In this document: positions 59,736-64,000 of the stretch, piece by piece
Layout of the letters: each line of letters begins with the position of its first letter
How positions within the stretch are numbered: position 1 is the stretch's first letter
Assembly: GCF_947253065.1 (NCBI RefSeq)
Contig: NZ_CAMXWS010000003.1
Span: forward strand, 19,954 to 83,953
Length of the DNA stretch: 64,000 bases
Source of the DNA: an uncultured Corynebacterium sp.
Lineage (GTDB): Bacteria; Actinomycetota; Actinomycetes; Mycobacteriales; Mycobacteriaceae
Direction: 5' to 3'
The notes under the pieces: generated by a model
Told to the model about the DNA's origin: nothing
Database searches by the model: none
Seen by the model: the letters and a program-made list of their open reading frames with translations, nothing else
Made by a program: the position numbers and the translations under genes

Positions 59736-60560
59736 ATGCCACGGCCCCAATTAGACAATGTCACCTGGGTGAATTTCGGTTCGCGCGAGAAGGTGAACAG
59801 CGCTGCGGAGACCACCACGCCGAATGATGCGTCGGAGGAGACTCGCTCGCAGATTCTGCGCTACAACGAAGCCGCCCGGACGATCTACCGCGCGGCCCAG
59901 CAGGGCGCGGACCAAGGCCGGTTCTCCCGTGGCCGAAAATACGCGGAGCAAGGCAATGTGCTTGAGCTCCGCGCAGAAGCCGGTCGCTTCACTGCCACGA
60001 TCGCCGGTTCACAGAACGAACCATTCACCACGCTGATCATCCTCCCGTACCGCGATTCCGGTGCGATCCGCGATGCGCTCGGCATCATGTCGCACAATGC
60101 GAATGCGCTGGCTGAAGTCCGCAACGGCTACATTGGCCGAGAGCTGCTCGATTGTCTGCTGGCCACCGAGGACGAGAAGATCCGCTTCCGCTGCGATTGC
60201 CCGGATGAGACCCGCGTGTGCAAGCACGGGGTCGCAGCCGCACTCAAAGCAGCAGAGCTTATCGACGCCGACCCCACCCTCCTCTTCCGCCTCCGCAACC
60301 TCGACCTGAACACGCTAGAGCGCCAACTCCGTGAATCCGCCGGGGAGCGGGCCATGGAATCTGCCAGGGAAGGCTCTGAATTCTTCTGGGACGGCCACAT
60401 CCTCCCGCACCTGCCCGAGCCGAAGATCGCCCCGATGATTGAGGACTCAGATCTGGACCTTTTGCACAAGGCGATGCAGACCATCTCCTTTACCAATATC
60501 GACCAGCTACGTGCCGTGTCCGATCTGGAAGACCTCTACGACGAACTGACCCGTAGATAA
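59736..60560 (+). CDS. SWIM zinc-finger protein
   Basis: CDCPDETRVCKHGVAAAL matches the CxCxnCxH SWIM finger. Positional partner of HelZ, as for Rv2101/Rv2102. Confidence 0.7.
   Translation: MPRPQLDNVTWVNFGSREKVNSAAETTTPNDASEETRSQILRYNEAARTIYRAAQQGADQGRFSRGRKYAEQGNVLELRAEAGRFTATIAGSQNEPFTTLIILPYRDSGAIRDALGIMSHNANALAEVRNGYIGRELLDCLLATEDEKIRFRCDCPDETRVCKHGVAAALKAAELIDADPTLLFRLRNLDLNTLERQLRESAGERAMESAREGSEFFWDGHILPHLPEPKIAPMIEDSDLDLLHKAMQTISFTNIDQLRAVSDLEDLYDELTRR
60257..60267 (+). repeat. 11-mer GCTTATCGACG copy
   Basis: Exact match. E-L-I-D-A in the SWIM gene. Confidence 0.9.
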
Positions 60561-60630
60561 TCCAACCGTTCTTTATCCATATTTGCCCATGTAAACAGCA
60601 TGGTTCATCACGAGTGGTAGTACTAAGACC

Positions 60631-61848
60631 ATGACCACGAGCCCACAGTCAGCCCATCTTGCAGCCACACACTCAGATGCCCAGCAGGTGACGTTCATTC
60701 ACACCTCGGATTTCCAGCTGGGCATGACCCGCTGGTTTTTTGATGTCAAAGCACAAGCCCGATTCGATGACTCAAGGCTGCGCGCCATCGCTCGTCTCGG
60801 TGATCTCGCGAAGGAGACTGGCGCTGAATTCATCGTTGTCGCCGGTGATGTCTTTGAAGCTAATGCGCTCGAGCCTCAGACGATGGACCGCGCGCTCGAT
60901 GCCATCGATGCGCTGCCCGTCCCGGTTTATCTTCTGCCCGGAAACCACGACCCGTTGATCCCAGGCGCCGCCCTGGAACGCGCTGGGCAGCGTGAGAACA
61001 TCACTGTGCTGGCTGATTCCGCCCCGGTGGAGGTCCGCCCCGGAGTGGAGGTCATCGGTGCGCCACTGCTCGCTCGCACCGCCACTGAAGATCTGGCTGC
61101 GAAAGCGATCGCTGGGCTCGAGCCTACGGATAAGATCCGCGTTCTGGTCGCACATGGCCAGTGCGAGGACCGCAGTGGTGATAGAAGTCCAGACACGATT
61201 GACTTGCCTGGGCTCGAAGCAGCACTTGACGCCGGCGTTATTGACTATGTGGCCATGGGGGATACACACTCCGCCGGGCAGATCGGCACGAGTGGCCGCG
61301 TGTGGTTCTCCGGGGCGCCCGAGGTCACCGATTTCCACGACCGCCGTGAAGATGTTGAAGGAGGTGAGGTCAATTCGGGCAAGGCGTTGGTGGTTAGCGT
61401 GGATAAGCCTTCCGCAGATTCAGCAGACGTGACCGTGGACGAGTGCGAAGTCGGGGAGTGGACTTTTGATGCCCTGCACTTCGAGGTTGCTGATAGTGCG
61501 GATGTGAAAGACCTGCTCGACCTGCTTGAGGCATATCCGGAAAAGCCACGCACGGTGGTGAAATACTCCATCGTCGGCACACTCGGATTGGAGGCCACCC
61601 GTGAGCTGGAGGAGGGGCTCGCCGCCAAAGAGAATGTTTTCGGCGCGCTGTATGAGCGAAAACGCCTGATGGATCTCCACCTCGAACCCAGCGAGGATGA
61701 GCTGGCCAATCTGCCTTTGACCGGCTACGCGAGTGATGCCATGTCGGATTTGTTGGCGATGTCTGCTGGTTCCGCCGGCCCGGACCACACCGAAGCGGCA
61801 CGTGACGCCGTCAACCTGTTGTTCCGCCTGAGCAAGGAGTCGAAATAA
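60631..61848 (+). CDS. SbcD-like metallophosphoesterase (DNA repair exonuclease)
   Basis: Calcineurin-like phosphoesterase motifs (HTSDFQLG, GDVFE, GNHD). Confidence 0.7.
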   Translation: MTTSPQSAHLAATHSDAQQVTFIHTSDFQLGMTRWFFDVKAQARFDDSRLRAIARLGDLAKETGAEFIVVAGDVFEANALEPQTMDRALDAIDALPVPVYLLPGNHDPLIPGAALERAGQRENITVLADSAPVEVRPGVEVIGAPLLARTATEDLAAKAIAGLEPTDKIRVLVAHGQCEDRSGDRSPDTIDLPGLEAALDAGVIDYVAMGDTHSAGQIGTSGRVWFSGAPEVTDFHDRREDVEGGEVNSGKALVVSVDKPSADSADVTVDECEVGEWTFDALHFEVADSADVKDLLDLLEAYPEKPRTVVKYSIVGTLGLEATRELEEGLAAKENVFGALYERKRLMDLHLEPSEDELANLPLTGYASDAMSDLLAMSAGSAGPDHTEAARDAVNLLFRLSKESK

Positions 61849-64000
61849 TGCGAATCCACTCCCTGGTTATCAACAACGTCCGTGCGGTTGAGCACCTTGA
61901 ACTCACTGATCTGCCGGACACCGGTGTCATCCTCATTCACGGTGACAATGAGGCCGGAAAATCCACGATTCTCGATGCGCTCGATGCCGTATTGACCATC
62001 AAGCACGATTCGTCGGCTGCCAAGATCCGCGCGCTTTACCCGATCGGCCGCGATGAACAACCGGACATCACGCTCGGTGCCACAATTGGCCCGTACACCT
62101 TTACCGTGCATAAACGCTTCGGTAAAGGCGCCAAGGGCAAAGCCGAGCTGATCATTACCGCCCCACACCGCGAGGAGCTTGCAGGGGAGCAGGCGCATGA
62201 CCGGTTGAAAGAGATCATTGCCGAGCACGTCGACACAGAGCTTTTTGACGCTTTGTTTCTCCGCCAAGGCGAATTCACCGAAACGATCGCTGCTGCCGGC
62301 ATCCCGTCGTTCACTCGGACGCTCGAGGAATCCGGGGCGGCTGATAGTGCCACTGCAGACGAAGAACAATCAGCTGGCGCACCACTCGATGACTCTGGTT
62401 TGATGCAGCGCGTTGAAGCCGAATTTGGCCGGTATTTCACCGCCAAAGGCAATGACAAGCAGGTGCTTACCGCAGCCGATAAAGAGGTGGATGAAGCAGA
62501 ACAGATCGTGGCCGAAGCAGAAGAGAAGCTGCGGTCCTACGAAGCAGCAGTGGATGAATTCGCGCGCAGTGAAGCGACCATGGCGGATATTCAGAACGAG
62601 CTCCCCGAAGCCGAAAAAGAACTGACCCAGCGGGAGAGCGAGGCAATCGCGGCGAAGGAGCTAGCTGGCAAGCTCGAAGCAGCGCAGGAAAAAGTCGCAC
62701 GTGCCACTGTTGATGCACAGCGTGCCGCCGATGATGTTGAACGCCGCCAAGTGCTCATCGCGCGTGTGAAGGAAGTCGAAACTGAACTGGCTGATGTCTC
62801 CGAACAGCTTGAGCCAGCTCGTGAGCGTGAACGGGCAGAAGCAGAATCTCTCACAGCGAAAGAAGAGGCACACGCAAAGGCTGAGCAGGATGAGAAGACG
62901 GCCCGTGAACGTCTCACCACTGCCGAAAAGACTCTGGCAGCGGTACAGGCGAAAGATCGTCTTGCGGATCTCACCGATACCGTGACACGCCTCGACGAAG
63001 CCGATGCGGAGATCGCCCGATTTCGGGACAGCGCGCCGGAACGCCCGGTTACTGACGATGATGTTCGCGCACTCGAAGCTGCTGCCAATGAGGTCGCTTT
63101 GCAGAAGCGCCTCCGGGATGCCGCTGCCGCACGCATGGAGATCACCGCGCCTGATGGAACCACGATCACCGTTGACGGTGACTCCCATGCAGTCGATTCA
63201 GATGAACAGGGAAGTGACTCGATCGCTCTCCACGACGGCACTGAGCTGGGTGTCGGTGGAGTGACGCTGACGTATCGTGCCGCTGCTGGAACAGAGTCTG
63301 CGTCCGGTGCACTCGATGCAGCGCAGAGTGAATTCACTCGGTTGAGCACTGCACTTGGTTGCGCTGATGTGGATGAGGCTCGTTCCCTGAGGGATACCCA
63401 CCGTGACGCTGCCGCTGCATTGACCGCTGCACGTGATCGTCGCCAGGACATTCTTCGCGGACGTGATGCCGATGACGTGCGCCACGAGTACTCCCGGCTG
63501 ACCGAACTTATCGATGCTGCAGACGATGCCGCTGCACCCCTTTCACTCGACGACGCCACCGCAGCTGTTGAATCAGCCCGCACTGAGGTCGAGCAGGCAG
63601 CGCAGGCTGCTCACGATTGTGCTCTTGAGCTCGTCCAACTGCGCACCAAACCTGAGCACGCCACGCTCATCGCATTGGATACGAAGATTCAAGGTTTGAA
63701 CATCACAGTGGAAGGTGCGCGGGCTGATCTGGCAGCAGCACGCGAAAAGAGCGACGACGATGCTGTGACCGCCATCCGTGAGGCGGCGAATGCGGCCCTT
63801 AAAGTCGCTGAGATTGAAGCAGCTTCTGTCGCGGAAGAGGTCGCACAAGTTGATCCGGTACAAGCGGAAAGCCTGCGCGACGGTGCCCGCAACCGCGTGG
63901 ACAACCTGACCAAGCGCTACAACGCTGCCCGCGATCGTCGACTCCAGCTCGAGGCACGTGTGCGTGCTGCAGAAGGCGAGGGGGAGAAGCTCGACCAGGC
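61848..64000 (+). CDS. SbcC/SMC-like AAA ATPase, 3'-truncated by the window end
   Basis: ATG overlaps the upstream stop (TAATG). Walker A GDNEAGKST, then a long Ala/Glu-rich coiled coil. No stop before position 64000, so the ORF track omits it. Confidence 0.7.
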   Translation, partial: MRIHSLVINNVRAVEHLELTDLPDTGVILIHGDNEAGKSTILDALDAVLTIKHDSSAAKIRALYPIGRDEQPDITLGATIGPYTFTVHKRFGKGAKGKAELIITAPHREELAGEQAHDRLKEIIAEHVDTELFDALFLRQGEFTETIAAAGIPSFTRTLEESGAADSATADEEQSAGAPLDDSGLMQRVEAEFGRYFTAKGNDKQVLTAADKEVDEAEQIVAEAEEKLRSYEAAVDEFARSEATMADIQNELPEAEKELTQRESEAIAAKELAGKLEAAQEKVARATVDAQRAADDVERRQVLIARVKEVETELADVSEQLEPARERERAEAESLTAKEEAHAKAEQDEKTARERLTTAEKTLAAVQAKDRLADLTDTVTRLDEADAEIARFRDSAPERPVTDDDVRALEAAANEVALQKRLRDAAAARMEITAPDGTTITVDGDSHAVDSDEQGSDSIALHDGTELGVGGVTLTYRAAAGTESASGALDAAQSEFTRLSTALGCADVDEARSLRDTHRDAAAALTAARDRRQDILRGRDADDVRHEYSRLTELIDAADDAAAPLSLDDATAAVESARTEVEQAAQAAHDCALELVQLRTKPEHATLIALDTKIQGLNITVEGARADLAAAREKSDDDAVTAIREAANAALKVAEIEAASVAEEVAQVDPVQAESLRDGARNRVDNLTKRYNAARDRRLQLEARVRAAEGEGEKLDQ

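Noticed and set aside
4193-60267. Interpretation of the 11-mer as the recognition site of the island's R-M system
   Set aside because: Restriction sites are normally avoided rather than enriched, and an asymmetric 11-mer is atypical for a GIY-YIG type II enzyme. This is kept only as a remote possibility.
1-64000. CRISPR arrays, rRNA genes, tRNA genes, IS elements
   Set aside because: None seen. There are no regularly spaced direct repeats, no rRNA-like conserved stretches and no transposase-like ORFs. The only mobile-type signal is the R-M island.

Overview
The window is high-GC (~60-65%) actinobacterial chromosome with Corynebacterium-type gene order, densely packed with housekeeping genes: typA, mshB, fdxA-dapC, dapD, an aroP-like permease, dapD2, dapE, a LOG-family gene, folP2, gpgS, glgA/glgC, sigE-cseE-tatB, mrp, odhA, a fused ABC exporter, deaD, putP and a SNF2 helicase - SWIM - SbcD/SbcC-like cluster. 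The long antisense ORFs in the track are GC-driven artefacts.

Top finding: an 11-mer, GCTTATCGACG / CGTCGATAAGC, occurs 17 times exactly, about once per 3.8 kb, in both orientations. Sixteen copies lie inside 15 unrelated genes and one is intergenic. Eleven are in frame as Leu-Ile-Asp (CTT-ATC-GAC), and two copies force rare codons (ATA, CGA), so selection appears to act on the DNA word, not the protein. This resembles the genomic signature of DNA uptake sequences or HIP1-like iterated motifs, none of which is described for Corynebacterineae. A local artefact or engineered recoding is the alternative.

Other findings:
- A ~3.2 kb low-GC island (45.5-48.7 kb) carries a type II restriction-modification system: a GIY-YIG restriction endonuclease, a C5-cytosine methyltransferase and a decayed vsr pseudogene.
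- A perfect 11-bp inverted repeat containing the DnaA-box word TTATCCACA lies between odhA and a DUF222-HNH gene.
- A mycobacterial-type SOS-box-like dyad sits upstream of the MFS transporter gene.
- A 56-aa DUF3117 ORF (Rv1211-like) is missing from the ORF track.
- Several rho-independent terminators.

No rRNA, tRNA or CRISPR was found.
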